Shown here piece after piece: positions 38,549 to 52,584 of a stretch of DNA of 64,000 nt. The position numbers were made by a program, and so were the translations under genes. A model generated the notes under the pieces. That model searched no databases. It saw only the letters and a list, made by a program, of their open reading frames with translations, and was not told the DNA's origin. This DNA is from Octopus vulgaris (lineage: Eukaryota): assembly GCA_951406725.2 (NCBI GenBank), contig OX597819.1, positions 22,258,001 to 22,322,000 of the forward strand, written 5' to 3'. How positions within the stretch are numbered: the first letter of the stretch is position 1; every line of letters starts with the position of its first letter.

Positions 38549-39693
38549 CCGGGGCTCACAAAATAATGGAAACGCCTTAAAAATTAAAACAAATTTATTT
38601 TAATAAGGTGTAGGACCGCCTTTGGTAGTAATTACTGCTTGAATTCTACGAGGTATGGACTCGTACAAAGTTTGAATTGTTGCCAAAGGAATTTTGTCGA
38701 ATTTTCAGCTAAAACAGTCTCCAGTTCTTGTGTAATGATAATGGAGTATATCGATTCTTTATTTGTGTTTCTAACATGCCCCTTAAATTTTCGATAATAC
38801 TGATATCTGGGGACTGTGGTGGCCAGATAAGAGGTTCCTCGTGCCATTCAGTAACAACCTCAGCTGTGTGAATTTGTGTATTATGATCCTGAAAGACTGC
38901 TTTTCTCTTCGGAAACACTTCAGTAACTATATGATGAATTTGATCAGATAAAGTGCTTAAATTGTCTTGTCTATCAATTCTGCCATGAATGGAAATCATG
39001 GCGCTGGCGGATTTCCAAGATACAGCCCCCGAGATCATCAGAGATCCCCCTCCTGGTTTAAGAGTTGAAAGAAGGCAGTCTGCGTCAAATGCTTCTTTTG
39101 GCTGTCTCCACATGTATACTCGGCCGGTGATCGGAAATAAGGTAAAGGATGATTTGTCCGAGAAAATAACATTCATCCACTGCACTAGCCAACAATTCTT
39201 TAGGTTTTACTCCATGTTCGTTTTTGAAAATAATGGTTTTCTGATTGCAGCCCTCCAGTGAAATCCGCCTTTGTGCAGTTCCCGGCAAACAGCTTTTGTA
39301 CGAACTGGGTTCATGAGGTAGTCATTAATCTCTGCAGTAATTTTGGGAGCTGTACTTTTGTGATCTTTTCTATCTGAAAGTTTTAGTTTTCTTCCGGAGA
39401 AAGGGTGTCATTACTTTCGAGACCATACTTCTTCATACACCAAACATTTCGGCTGTTTTCGTTACGCTGTCACCTGCCATACGAGCACCAACAATTTGAC
39501 TTCTTTGAAAGTCTGATAGATCTGTCATTTTAATGATATCTGAAGAGAAACAGCAATTTCCGCAAAACATATTAAGCAACAGTAATAATAAATAAATAAA
39601 AACAAAAGTAAACAAGCTTTTGACGGTTTTATAGATATTTCAAAATTATGATGCTATGATGCTAGGTGCTTCCATTATTTTGTCCAAGCCCTG
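38549..39693 (-). mobile_element. Second, more decayed copy of the Tc1 family at 10609-11847
   Basis: TIRs CCGGGGCTCACAAAATAATGGAAACGC and revcomp CAGGGCTTGGACAAAATAATGGAAGCAC; MTDLSDFQRSQIVGA N-terminus; VIFSDKSSF...WPPQSPDISIIE. Confidence 0.92.
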
Positions 39694-39761
39694 CATATAG
39701 CCGCGCGCGCGCGCGTGTGTGTGTGAGTGTGTGCGTTAGGGTGTGTTTGCGTGTGTATACA

Positions 39762-40100
39762 TATTGGCTCACCCCATAAATAATGCATGTTTTTTCAATT
39801 GCATGAACTAAAAGTCGGAGGGTGGTGGGATAAGCCACCCGCACGAACTTTCTATCAAAACGGTGTAATTTTACCCCGTATATATTCTTAGTTCTAGTTT
39901 TGAAATGTACAGTTCGATTTTAGCAGTGACTTTTCCAAAGCTACATTGGAAGTTACATGAAAGCATATTCGTTATATTTTACTTTATGATTTTAATAAAG
40001 GCAACAATGCAACGGAAAGTGCGGGGAATATTAATGCAGTATATGGGGATCGGACAATAAGCGTATGCCAATGTCAACGGTGGCTCCAGAAATTGAGAGT
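39762..40100 (+). mobile_element. Mariner 5' end (same family as 33440-34225)
   Basis: TIR tattggctcaccccataaataatgc + ttcaattgcatgaactaaa leader; N-terminal relic HIRYI.LYDFNKGNNATESAGNINAVYGDRTISVCQCQRW. Confidence 0.8.
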
Positions 40101-40711
40101 ATGTAATTTTGGAAATGACCAAAGAAGTATCAAGTGATATATTCGCTTTTGAGTCGGTCACCAACCGTATGGTTGACCGTCAAATGAATGGGGGTGTAAT
40201 GAAGACATTATAAATAAATGGGTGCTTTCCCGAAATGGGTGACAATGGGTAACGACAATAGGGAAGGGAACTGTTGAATTGCTGCAGAAGCGCTGACATT
40301 GAATTGCTGGTGTGGCTGTAGAATAAGAAACATAAAGTGAGCCTATGCAGTCACGTGCGAATATGTTGCATTGAATTACTTGAAAGAATAAGGCAAAATG
40401 ACTGATCACATAGTAAGTATATTATAAGTCTGTATTTTTTCTGCAGTGTAAATTAACGAAATATAAACAAATGCAAGAAATAGAAGCACATGTATGGAGT
40501 TGCTAATTCAATTGAAAATGCAACAATAGTTATAACAGTGGGACAAAGGATTATATATATATATATATATATATATTAAATTAGAGTTAAAACCACTATT
40601 AGGCAAATCAAACAAGGAAAAACATAAGCCAATACATAAAATTAATTAATTTATATTATTTTAAATATATATCAAAAGTATTAAAAGTTTAATAAAAGAT
40701 AATGACTAAAA

Positions 40712-40781
40712 CACTACGATCGTTTCATGGCTGTCCAATTCGTAATAATTCGAGTTATGGTTACAGTCAATCTCCAGGTAA
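40712..40781 (-). ncRNA. Degenerate minimal type I hammerhead ribozyme motif (Penelope pLTR type)
   Basis: Minus strand: tac CTGGAGA t tgactgt...acagcca t GAAAC GATC GTA gtg; palindromic stem-III loop; core has A6>G. Confidence 0.5.
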
Positions 40782-41575
40782 TTGAAATATTTATCTTAGC
40801 GAGGTTTAACAATATAATATTTTACTATGAAATTGGATTTAATCCTAAATCTGATTTTTCCCTGTAAGTTTGGATTTATTCCCTAATATATTATTATATA
40901 TATATATTATATAGGATAATGTTTTTTTTAATGTCAATGTAGATATGTAATTGCAAACACCTTGCAGCCCTTCAACACCTGCGATAATTACTAACTGATA
41001 ATGGAACAGTAAATGGGTATATTTATGTATACCTGGGACCTTGCCACCTCGTTTGATTTTTTTCAAGAGTTTCAATTCTAGATCTCACATACATGTCAGT
41101 CGTAACATATGCATATGTATGTGTAGATGTTGTGTGTACGTTTAATAACGTACGTAATGCGGGAACAAGCAGCCACCTAGACACACACGCATACTCGCAC
41201 AGACGGATGTACACTCATACAGAGAATGTGGCGTCGTCGTCATCGTTGTGGTATAAAATGTGCCTGACATATACTGAAATGCATATACTAAGATAACCTC
41301 ACAAAGTCATACATTCACGCATGTCGTTACATATGTAAACGTATGTGTAGATATGTGTATGTGGATATCAGCGCACGTAATGCAGAAAGACACACTCACT
41401 ATGAGAGATATACATACTCATACACATATGCACATATATATACATATACTTTCATACATATTTACATATATTTACACATACATAATAATATATATTTATA
41501 CATATATACATTATACATACATGTATATATATATATATATCCATATATACATACATATATGTACACGCATATATG

Positions 41576-41615
<40 letters not shown>

Positions 41616-42595
41616 TAGTAAATCTATTAAATGTGAAAGGATAAAACTGAAACAGTGTTAAAGAGAAACCATTTATAAATTACTTCGTCGAAGGTTTCAC
41701 TGTTATACTTCGAGTACTGAGACACAATGCGGAATTACATGATGACACTCCTAGAGTGTGAGAGTATTGCCATATAAAATTTTATATATATACGGATTAT
41801 AAAAATAATGATATATAAATGTTGCTAAGTTTTGGATATAAATTTCCCCCTTTACCCTAAATGCCTATGTAGATTTCATTGTGACCTCCTTTCTCTTCTA
41901 TTTTAGGCTCCTTCCAACTGATAATATTAAGATAGTTTCTTTCCCCATCACCCTCCCTCTTTCTGGGGATATACACCTATCTTACTGACATCTTCTGAGA
42001 CTTGTTCCTTTATAGCAATTATATAGCCACAGTATATTACGGGCAGGGAAGAATATCTGACATTAATTAATTTATCATCGGCAACCAGAACGTGACTCTC
42101 AATTCTCAGTCGTTTTAATTCTTAGTGGACGTGGAATATTAGCTGCATTAGAGATTTTGATAGTGATAAGGAGATAGATAAATGTAGCTATATTACCATC
42201 TCATGACCCCCATTGTCATTCTCTTCTGCCACTCCAAATTATAGTTGGGATATTTTCTCCATAAATTCATTCTATTACAATTATAGCAACAAGCATGTAA
42301 TTCTTTTGTACTCTAGTTGTGATGGAAAATTTGCTAAAAAATTGTAATGGAATATCCTGTTTGTTGTATCCGTGGAAGACGGTATTTTTCAAATTTATGT
42401 GATGTTTGCATTGATCGATTAAATGGAGCCACCTGAAACGGCTGTAATGCACTAATAGCTTGACATTCTTGTTACTTATTGGCTTCTAATTCACCTTACT
42501 TCGAACTGTGCAGATAATATCGGACTGACTTGGTGCCTGAACTTAAGTACCTAATGCAACAGAGCCTTAATTATTTCTTATATATACATATACAT

Positions 42596-42694
<99 letters not shown>

Positions 42695-42829
42695 GTTTAA
42701 ATATAGGAGTGTGACGAAATAAGATTAAGATTAATGTAAAAAATAAATAACACTGAAGCAAAATAACACCAAATATATAGTACGTGTGTTTTTATTGGCT
42801 AAACTGGCAATATGACCATTCCGAAATAT

Positions 42830-42906
<77 letters not shown>

Positions 42907-43543
42907 CAAATATGTGTGCGTGTGTGTGTTTGATTATGTATTTTATATTCCACGAATTAACCAGATGGAATAAGAAGTATATTTAAAAACAAATAAGTAC
43001 AGTTGTCCATTTGGTCATCTAAGCCATTCAAGAGTGCAGCAGTCATATTCTACTTAAGAAATAGAAAGCAGTTTGGTAAGGGATTCCCTGGCAAAAAGAA
43101 AAAAAGAAAAAAACAGACATATTCTAAACATTAAAACAATAAGAATTTTAACAGTATTAACTTTCAGCTGGAAATGCTAAGATTTGTATTTTCATTTCTA
43201 AGTTTGAGCTAACTAAATTTAGAACTGAAGAGGAAATGTTGTTACAAGGACAACGTAACAATGATAGTGAGAAAATGTAATATTTGGGCAAAATTAAATA
43301 AATTCGGATATATACTCACTTAGGTAAACATTTTCCGACATTTTTCTTCATGGCACTAACGCTTAAAATTCCTTTATAGGTGCAGGTGTAACGGTAGCAA
43401 GTCCCGGTTTCCGAGAATATAGCCCATTTTGTGCTTCGAGAGGCACATTTTCCATCATGCAACAAACAATCTGTCGTTGATAAGAAAATATATTGATTAT
43501 TCTATTACAACTATTTCTATGACAAAATTGCGTCTATACTAAA

Positions 43544-43745
43544 GCGGAGAGCTGGCCGAAACGGTAGCACGACGGGTAAAATGCGTAGTGGTATTTCGTC
43601 TGTCTTTATGTTCTGAGTTCAAATTCCGCCGAGGTCGACTTTGCTTTCATCTTTTGGGCTTGACAAATTAGGTACCTGTTGCGTACTGGAGTCGCTCTAA
43701 TCGACTGGCCTCTCCCCCAAAATTTCGGGCTTTGTGCCTAGAGTA
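43544..43745 (+). mobile_element. SINE family 2, near full length
   Basis: Head gcggagagctggccgaaacggtagc (A-box-like) ... gagttcaaattcc (B box), body gccgaggtcgactttgc...gtgcctagagta. Confidence 0.8.
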
Positions 43746-44077
43746 TTGTGCCTATACTGGGCTAAATCTTTGACAAAAGGTCAGCGATTTCAGGTAACCG
43801 GGTAAGTCGATTACAATTAAGTATAAGGGAATAGAAGCAAGTGGCGTGAGGACGCATAAGAAGGAAACAAAGCAGAAAACTGAAAATCTTGATATTGGAC
43901 TGCTGGTTGACGGTGAAGTCGGGCTTTGCTGAAAAGCAAAGTATACAAGATACTGAAGTAAGTTTTTTATACTCCAGAAAAATAATTCAGAGATAGAAAA
44001 TATTCAAGTTTAATGAAATTCCTGGAATATTTATGTATATATATTTATATACATTTATATATATTGTATATATTGTA

Positions 44078-44148
<71 letters not shown>

Positions 44149-44150
<2 letters not shown>

Positions 44151-44545
44151 CTAAAAATAAGCAGAAAATGGAGAAGCTTTTTGACCAACGAACAAAGAAA
44201 TTGACCAGCATCGGTTAATTATTTTTTAATACAAAACTTAACATTACTTACGGCCGTTTCAGCTACCAATATAAGTCGGTGCCTACAAACAAAATTCCGA
44301 AAATAATATTCGTCATCTTTATAGCACATCTGATATAGTACATAGAGCTTCATCAGAGTAGAACATGCTATAAGGAGGACAAATACTATTTTCGGAATTT
44401 TCTTTGTAGGTACCAACTGACATTGGTAGTCGAAACGTCCGTAAACAATGTTAAAGTTTTGTATTAAATAATAAATAACCGATGTTGGTTAATTTGTTTG
44501 TTTAGTGATGAAAAGTTTTCTCCATTTTCTGCATATTTTAAGTTT
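44149..44545. repeat. ~400 bp imperfect palindrome, probably two inverted Penelope-type terminal repeats
   Basis: Arm 44149-44330 (gcagaaaatggagaa..catcggtta..taatacaaaact..ttacggccgtttc.gctaccaat..aaattccgaaaata..ttatagca) is the reverse complement of 44362-44545. Confidence 0.9.
44245..44360 (-). ncRNA. Type I hammerhead ribozyme motif with canonical core
   Basis: Minus strand: tact CTGATGA agct [~80 nt] agct GAAAC GGCC GTA agta; stem I tact/agta, stem II agct/agct, palindromic GGCC loop III, predicted cleavage after GUA (44249/44248). Confidence 0.6.
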
Positions 44546-44672
44546 GATTCCTTATAAACTTTTGTTTATTCTGTTATTACCTGTACCATATGAGCATAGT
44601 TTGTTTACATACCCATGCCCCGGGTTAACTTAGGTAATTGATATACTTATTCCAACCGCTCACTCTGCTTCC

Positions 44673-44803
<131 letters not shown>

Positions 44804-44809
44804 GATAAT

Positions 44810-45033
44810 GCCTGGCTCATTAGGGCCGGTTTTTCGGTGTCGTTGGGGTATAGGTCCCCACCTGGACTGGAGGCAAGTCTGTCGCAAGTGAGCTGCTAGA
44901 TGTAGGAGGAACGAGGGAGAGAATGTTGCGGCGAAACACTCAGCAGAATTTCGCCATTACTTTCTGCGTGATCTGCGTGGAGCTTGGATGTTTCCCTCAT
45001 AAAAACACACATCGCTCCGTCTGAGATTCGAAC
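44810..45033 (-). mobile_element. Partial SINE related to family 3
   Basis: Minus strand gttcgaatctcagacggagcgatgtgtgtttttatgag..aagctccacg resembles the B box and body of 50350-50716. Confidence 0.55.
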
Positions 45034-45566
45034 ATATATATATATATATACATGTGGTTGTATGAGGGAAGCAAATGTATGACTGTATATATACATATAC
45101 GCACTTTCTTATATGCTTGTACAGATGAGGTATGTTTCATCTTCTGTGATATCATAAGTGTATATTCTATGATTAAATGTTCGAGATATGAAATGTTATG
45201 TGGATGACCTTGCATTTGTTTGTTTGTTCTGTAACCTTAGTTTGATATATTTGTCTCATTCAATTGAGCACTTCTATAGCAGTCCTATTAAACATTTTTT
45301 TCCTGATAAGAAACAATCACTGTATTATTGATACTATACGAATATTTATACATATAAATGTCTAAATATATTTGTATTCTGCTATGTGTATGTATGTAAG
45401 TACTTATGTGTAAATGAGTATGTGCTCATGTTTGTGTATATATACATGCGTTTTTGTATGTATGCATGTGTTTGTACATATGCACCTATTTGTGTATATC
45501 TGCATATACTTATATAAATATGTGTGTATGTATCTGTGTGTACATATATACATGTTTGTGTATATC

Positions 45567-45602
<36 letters not shown>

Positions 45603-47267
45603 TGTATGTATGTGTGTGTTTAGATGCATGTGTATATGAATATGTATGTACGTGGTGTGTGTATGGGTATGTATGTCATGCTTTTGTATGTATGAATGTG
45701 TGTCTGTGAACGTCTATATATGTGTATGTCTACGAGAGTGGGGCCTACATGCATCGGGCTGGGTACACGCATATATAAGACTTTACCTATACTATTTGTT
45801 CTATATTCCATACTCCGCACTTTCAGTTAACATTTCTTACAGTCCATTTATGAATAACAGAATCATATTAAATCACTAATATTATAGTTTAACTGCTGAT
45901 CCTAAATTTTCATCATTATATAAATATGTTAATTATTTGAATTTTAATTCTTTTATTTCTATAATTATTTCTTTACTTATTTGTTCACTCTGCCATTCGC
46001 TGAATTTCTAATCTTTGACATTATAATCTTTATATAATATGTTACTCAAACCTACATTTTACCCGAACACTATAAACTGACATCAATATCTCATGGTGTT
46101 TCTACCTTATGCAATTGAAGTACCTCTGATCACTTTAATTTAGTAAAAGAAAATTAGTATTTTATTGCATCATTTATATGGTATATTAAATTCTGATGAT
46201 TCTAAACATTTATTCTTTATATGATTAAACGTACTATCCATTTCTTAGTACATTTTTTATAGATTATATTTTAATAATTCATAATTTTAATAGATATTTT
46301 ACTTGTATTTTTTCTCACTAATTAAAAATTTAGTATACTTTATGAAATTTTTGTCTTTCTACAGTGCCCTTTATAGGGTTTTTATACACCTATTCATATC
46401 TAACTATCATTATTCACTTTCTACGTTCTATCGACTCCTCCACTTATAAAGTATTAAAAACTCACTGCATAACTTATATAACATTTTACTTCTATTAATT
46501 ATAATCTCCTTTTCTTAATTCCTAATCATAACACTTTATGTATTTTACTCCCGTTTGTGTTTCTTCTTTATTTTATAGGGAATTTATTTTTCCTATATTT
46601 TCTTTATTTCTCTATTTCATTTCACATCAATTCACTTATCTTTAGGGCTTAATCTCTTCAGGCATACGCATCCCATTAGCTTCCTTCGTTCTTTTTCATT
46701 TCATTTTCAGTTTTATGTCTCACCATATCACATTCTAAGTCTACTTGCTAACATATGGCTTATGACATTCTCCTACTAACAACATCATCCCCTCTCAACA
46801 CATATGTCACTATTCCTATAATTTTTAGTTATTCTAAATATCATCTCATTATAATTATTTGTATTTGTTATCAATCTCGTCTGCCTTTCCTTGTGTCTGC
46901 CTAACGTTATCTCTTCAGGTGTATTAAAATAATTATACACCCATGAAATGTTATAATGTTATTGGGTACCGGTAACGATGTTGTACTGACTGACCGTTCT
47001 AAGAATACTTTTTTACTCTCAATATGAACAAAAATATATAAATTAATAAATAAAATGATGTGGAGACATGCAATGTAAGAGCGCATCTTTGATGCAAGAC
47101 TTGTGAGGTGCCACACTAATGTCTAAAAGCGCAACTACTGCGTATATCTTCATTTCGATTATTGCGGTAACTGGAGTCGCAAGGAGATTTGGTGCAGAAA
47201 CAATTGTAACTAATCCTTGATCTCTTCTTGAATGATTGCCTCAACTTATTTCTATCAATCAAGCTAG

Positions 47268-47602
<335 letters not shown>

Positions 47603-48057
47603 CTAAATGTTTCGGACGTATAGATATAGTCGATTAGATATAATCGATTAGTGTGTTTAAATGTTAGGTAGAGCGCCTGCACAGTTTAGTATATCTGTCG
47701 TCATCCACAGACATGGCATACTTATACTGGATCTACTTGATTAGGGAATGAATAAAATAATAAGAAGGATATATAACATTGAAGATCTTATAAGTCAACA
47801 CTGAAGATCTTTAGTGAATCAAAACTCTATCAATATACCTCATAAGATCCGGACTTCAAAGTCAATGAAACACAATAGCTGGACGGGTCGAAATGATCGT
47901 TGTACGAAATTAAATTTAATATCTAATTCATATATATATATATCTGGAAATGTAATATGTGACAATTACTCGGTAGCCATGATACATTTATACATAAATT
48001 CCTCTATTTACATAATATCGAGGTCTCTTTCTTTTGTTGTTTTACCATTTTTATTAA

Positions 48058-48280
<223 letters not shown>

Positions 48281-48354
48281 TTAATATACTTGTGTATATA
48301 ATATACAATTAATATATATGTATATACTTTATTTAAAGCAGCAGAAAATCCAAC

Positions 48355-48400
48355 AAAACCTGTTACTCTGAGTTTCACGTTCCCGTTCGTCGGACAGTTT
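48355..48400 (-). ncRNA. Compact type I hammerhead ribozyme motif (CCGACGA core variant)
   Basis: Minus strand: aaactgt CCGACGA acg ggaa cgt GAA ACTC A GAGT A acaggttt; stem I ctgt/acag, stem II acg/cgt with GNRA loop, near-palindromic stem III, GUA cleavage triplet. Confidence 0.65.
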
Positions 48401-48614
48401 TTGCTATATATACATGTATGTATGCATGTATGTATGTATGTATGTATGTATGTATGTATGTATGTATGTATGTATGTATGTATGCATGAATTGAGGTGAT
48501 AGTTCTGAGATTAAATCACGCATTTAATGTTTTAAATGACTAATTTTAGTTCTCATTTGTGCAATTAATTTCAGCTATGTAAACAAACATTGATGTTCGA
48601 GATGCGTACACATA

Positions 48615-49864
48615 CACGCGTAAGCTGAAATGTTCATAGGCTGATCCTGTTCATAAGTGATCCTGGAGCTATGAAGTTTTGCATGCATCCATTTCAACTT
48701 TTCATAATAATGAGTGAACTGTTTGTTTTGTTGTTTCTTTGGCGTTCAAGTCAACTCTCATCTGACTATTCAAAGAAGACTTTCACAAGTCGAGACTTCT
48801 TTTGAACATGGATAAAATCTAGTATCAAGTTCTTGCAGAAGAAAAGGTTTAGCCTCCATGGTAATCCAGCAATTCTTACATTAGTGGATAACCATCCATG
48901 TTTATCAACTTACAGTACAAAAGTGGTGAGCTGAACTTAGGAGGGTAACAGAGAACAGTAAAGATGATCCTGCAGCTGCCATTACTGAGGAAAACATTGA
49001 TTGTGTCCACCACATGCTGATGGTTAAATGCCAAATGACTATAACTCAAATAAACAATGCTATTCGCATTCACCATGAGAGATTTGAGCATATTCTGCGT
49101 GATGGACTTTGCAGGAAAAAAGATATCTGGTCGGTCCGGCTCATATCATCACAGGAAAATATGATATTATTAGAGGCACACCCAGCTGGTTTCTTTGAAC
49201 GTTTCCTGACCCAGGAGTAGTATTGGGTTCAGTACTTGGGGAGATAATGAGACAATGCATGAGGCAACAACAAAAAATCCGCTTTGTAGAGACACCCAAC
49301 GTTGCCTACTCCAAATATGACAACGTTTTTTCATCTGCAAGGGAGGAGAAATCTTCAAATTTGGGAATGCAAATGTCAAGAATTTTATTGATTATCATCA
49401 AAAGGGACGCAACATTGATGGAGAGTACTAGGCCAGCTTGTTGAGATGGTTACGAAAGGCTATCAAGACTTCAGCCCAAAGAAAGTTGAAGAAAGTGGAC
49501 ATGATTCATCAGGATATTGCTCCAACACACAAGTCATAGCATTTAATGGCTCTTGTGAATGTGGCCTTGAACTGGTTGATCATCCTCTCTATTCCCCCAT
49601 TTTCGCCCCATCCGACTTTCACCTCTTCTCCAACATGAAGTAAAAACATGTCGCTGTGTAGATAAGTGCTATCATGTATGTTGTTGATGGCTTTTGGACC
49701 TAAAGACTAAAAGCTTTTTCAGCAATGGGATCCAATGACTGCAGCAGCGATGGAATAAGTGTGTTGATGGAAAGGGGAACTATGCTGGGAAACCAACTTC
49801 ATTTGTTCACATTCCAGGAGGATATATCTTAGTAAGCCTACGACCATTTGAGCGGAACCTCGTG
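48615..49864 (+). mobile_element. Full-length but decayed mariner element
   Basis: Imperfect TIRs (cacgcgtaagctgaaatgttcataggctga / revcomp cacgaggttccgctcaaatggtcgtaggctta); relics FFERFLTQE and LELVDHPLYSPIFAPSDFHLFSNMK; ~1.25 kb. Confidence 0.8.
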
Positions 49865-50349
49865 CTGATGTCAACTGATGATACCTACAGATAAAAATAT
49901 AGATTTAAAATTCTCAAAAATGCTCATTCTTTCAAACATTCTAGGCAGGTAACTTATAATTCAAGATAAGCATTGAAATATAAGAAACATTTATTCTATT
50001 TGTCTTTAGCCTAAGGATTCATAACACCGGTTACCCAGTTTCCATGGCATTTAAATTACCAAGATCACCGTGAAAGGGCGATATATCCGTTACAGGTTTT
50101 CATTCGAGCAATTTTTGAGGGGATGCAACCAGTAAATTTCAGCGATTGCAGTATTTAACTAGTACCTCAATTTTCGACCTTGACGGAGTAAAAGTTAAAG
50201 TTGAACTTAGCGGTATATAAGTTCAGGATCCGGGAGAAATGCCGCTAAGCATTTGTTCAACGTGCTAAAGATTCTACCAGCCCACCAGAAAAGTTAGTGC
50301 GCCTTCCAAAATGCTTTGCGTCATTTAGATACATTTTTTTACGTGTGGA

Positions 50350-50716
50350 GGCGCAATGGCCCAGTGGTTAGGGCAGCGGACTCGCGGTCGTAGGATCGCG
50401 GTTTCGATTCCCAGACCGGGCGTTGTGAGTGTTTTTTGAGCGAAAACAACTTCACGAGGCTCCGGCAGGGATGGTGGTGATCCTTGCTGTACTCTTTCAC
50501 CACAACTTTCTCTCACTCTTAATTCCTGTTTCTGTTGTACCTGTATTTCAAAGGGACGGCCTTGTCACTCTCTGTGTCACGCTGAATATCCCTGAGAACT
50601 ACGTTAAGGGTACACGTGTCTGTGGAGTGCTCAGCCACTTACACGTTAATTTTACGAGCAGGCTGTTCCGTTGATCGGATCAACCGGAACCCTCGTCGTC
50701 GTAACCGACGGAGTGC
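50350..50716 (+). mobile_element. tRNA-derived SINE family 3
   Basis: Head GGCGCAATGGCCCAGTGGTTAGGGCAGCGGACTCGCGGTC..GGTTTCGATTCCC (A and B boxes) followed by a ~300 bp non-tRNA body ending in the hairpin cgtcg-taac-cgacg. Confidence 0.85.
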
Positions 50717-51550
50717 TTTCATTCCACATTTCTTTACGCACTCACATCTAGCCCTACTTTGTTGGTTTATATTACGTTACATTTCGTCACTTAAGTTCAA
50801 TCATCTAAGAATCCGTCGTTTACTGATGTTGGTATAACCGTGTGGGAGCTAGGGTCCATTAAATTCACAATTAATGCTGGCACAAGGACAGTAATTAACA
50901 GTTACCGAACAACGTATATCGCATTCAAAACGAAGCTAATATAAACCTTCGTTGGGATTTTGATACATTAAACACGCAGTGAAGGGAAGAAAGGTAATTG
51001 TTTTTTTGTCGACTTACAGAACCCTTTTACTTTTATTTTCAGTTCACCATCAAACTTGTCGCATATTTTCTTGGTACACATATCGGATTTCTTTTCCATC
51101 CATTCTTCTTTAAAATCGCGGCAAAAATAAATGTCGTCGATACATCCTCCCAGACAATCTAAAGAAAAATACATACATTGTAATAGTTTCCACTAACGAA
51201 TATTAGATATTTTACAAGACAGATTAATTATAAGTTAGCATAGGTAAAGATGGTTCCAATAATATCAAGCGAGATCATAATTTTGGCTTCCTTCTAATTC
51301 ATATATCGTTTACCTCTTTTCTCAGTTCTGCCTCCATAAAACAAATACGTGTGAAGAATATATTGAAACCAATTCAACGAACAGGTACGTGCTTCTACAA
51401 CGGTTTTTCCTAATCAAAGGCGTGGTTTGGGAAAACCAAAAGGTTTTGGTGTGAACTGATATATCGCATAACGTATAAGAAAAACTGGATTTCAGGTTTC
51501 AGTATAGGCGTTGTTTGCTAAAAAATAATAATAAGAAGAAGAAGAAAGCC

Positions 51551-51696
<146 letters not shown>

Positions 51697-52584
51697 CAAC
51701 TCAAGGGCTTACTAGCGATAGTCAAACAATTCAGTGACGACATCAGAATGCAATTCGGCCTCGATAAATGTGCAAAAGCTACCTTTATCAAGGGAAAAAA
51801 TGACAGAAACATCTAACGTTAACCTTGACCAGCAGAATGTCATAAAAGAACTAGACCCAGCGGAGAGCTACAAGTGCCTACAAGTGAAGGGAACGGAATA
51901 AGGCATTCAGAGATGAAGGAAAGGATCAGGAGAGAATGCTATCGCAGAGTAAGTGTAATACTCAAGACAGAGCTGAATGCAAGAAACAGGATCGAAGCGA
52001 TCAATGCATTAGCCATACGAGTCGTGACTTACAGTTTCAATATCGTTAACTGGTCAATTACTGAAATATGTCAGCTCGACAGTAAAATAAGAAAACTGTT
52101 GACAATGCATAGAATGCACTACCCTAAGGCAGATACAGAACGACTTTATCTGCCAAGAAAAGAGGGAGGCCGTGGTCTTTTGAAACTGGCAATAACAATG
52201 AAGATTGCTACAATTGGCCTAGACACCTGCCTGAAAAAGTCTGAGGACTGGATGTTAAAACTTGTCTCAAAACATGAAAACAAGAAAGCATCATACTCAG
52301 TAACAAAACAGGCAAAGGAATATCTAAGTGAATTCCGAATACAACCAATTTCGGAATTAGAGATAGACATACAAGAAACAAGCACAGAAAAAGCTATGCG
52401 CATGAAAACCCGTGCCAAAACTGCGGCCTTAGATATTCTGAATAATAAATGGCAAGAAAAACTTCTCTATGGCAAATACCCAAAGAGAGTGAATAATGCA
52501 GATATTGACAAAGCCCTGACCCATCAATGGCTAATGGCCTCTGGCTTAAAATCTGAAACAGAAGGGTTTATCATAGCAGCTCAA
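51697..52584 (+). mobile_element. R4/Dong family A fragment A1 (5'- and 3'-truncated)
   Basis: Near-identical to 61963-62809; ORF 51874- with LYLPRKEGGRGL...GLKSETEGFIIAAQ, then an abrupt break. Confidence 0.92.

Noticed and set aside
45750-47250. Decayed minus-strand Penelope with CTGAAGA half-cores (~46660, ~46915)
   Set aside because: Extremely AT-rich, no convincing protein motif and no matching GAAA/stem III partner found.
50350-50425. tRNA gene
   Set aside because: A/B boxes present, but no proper acceptor stem or terminator and it continues into a ~300 bp SINE body; the same applies to the family 1 and 2 heads.
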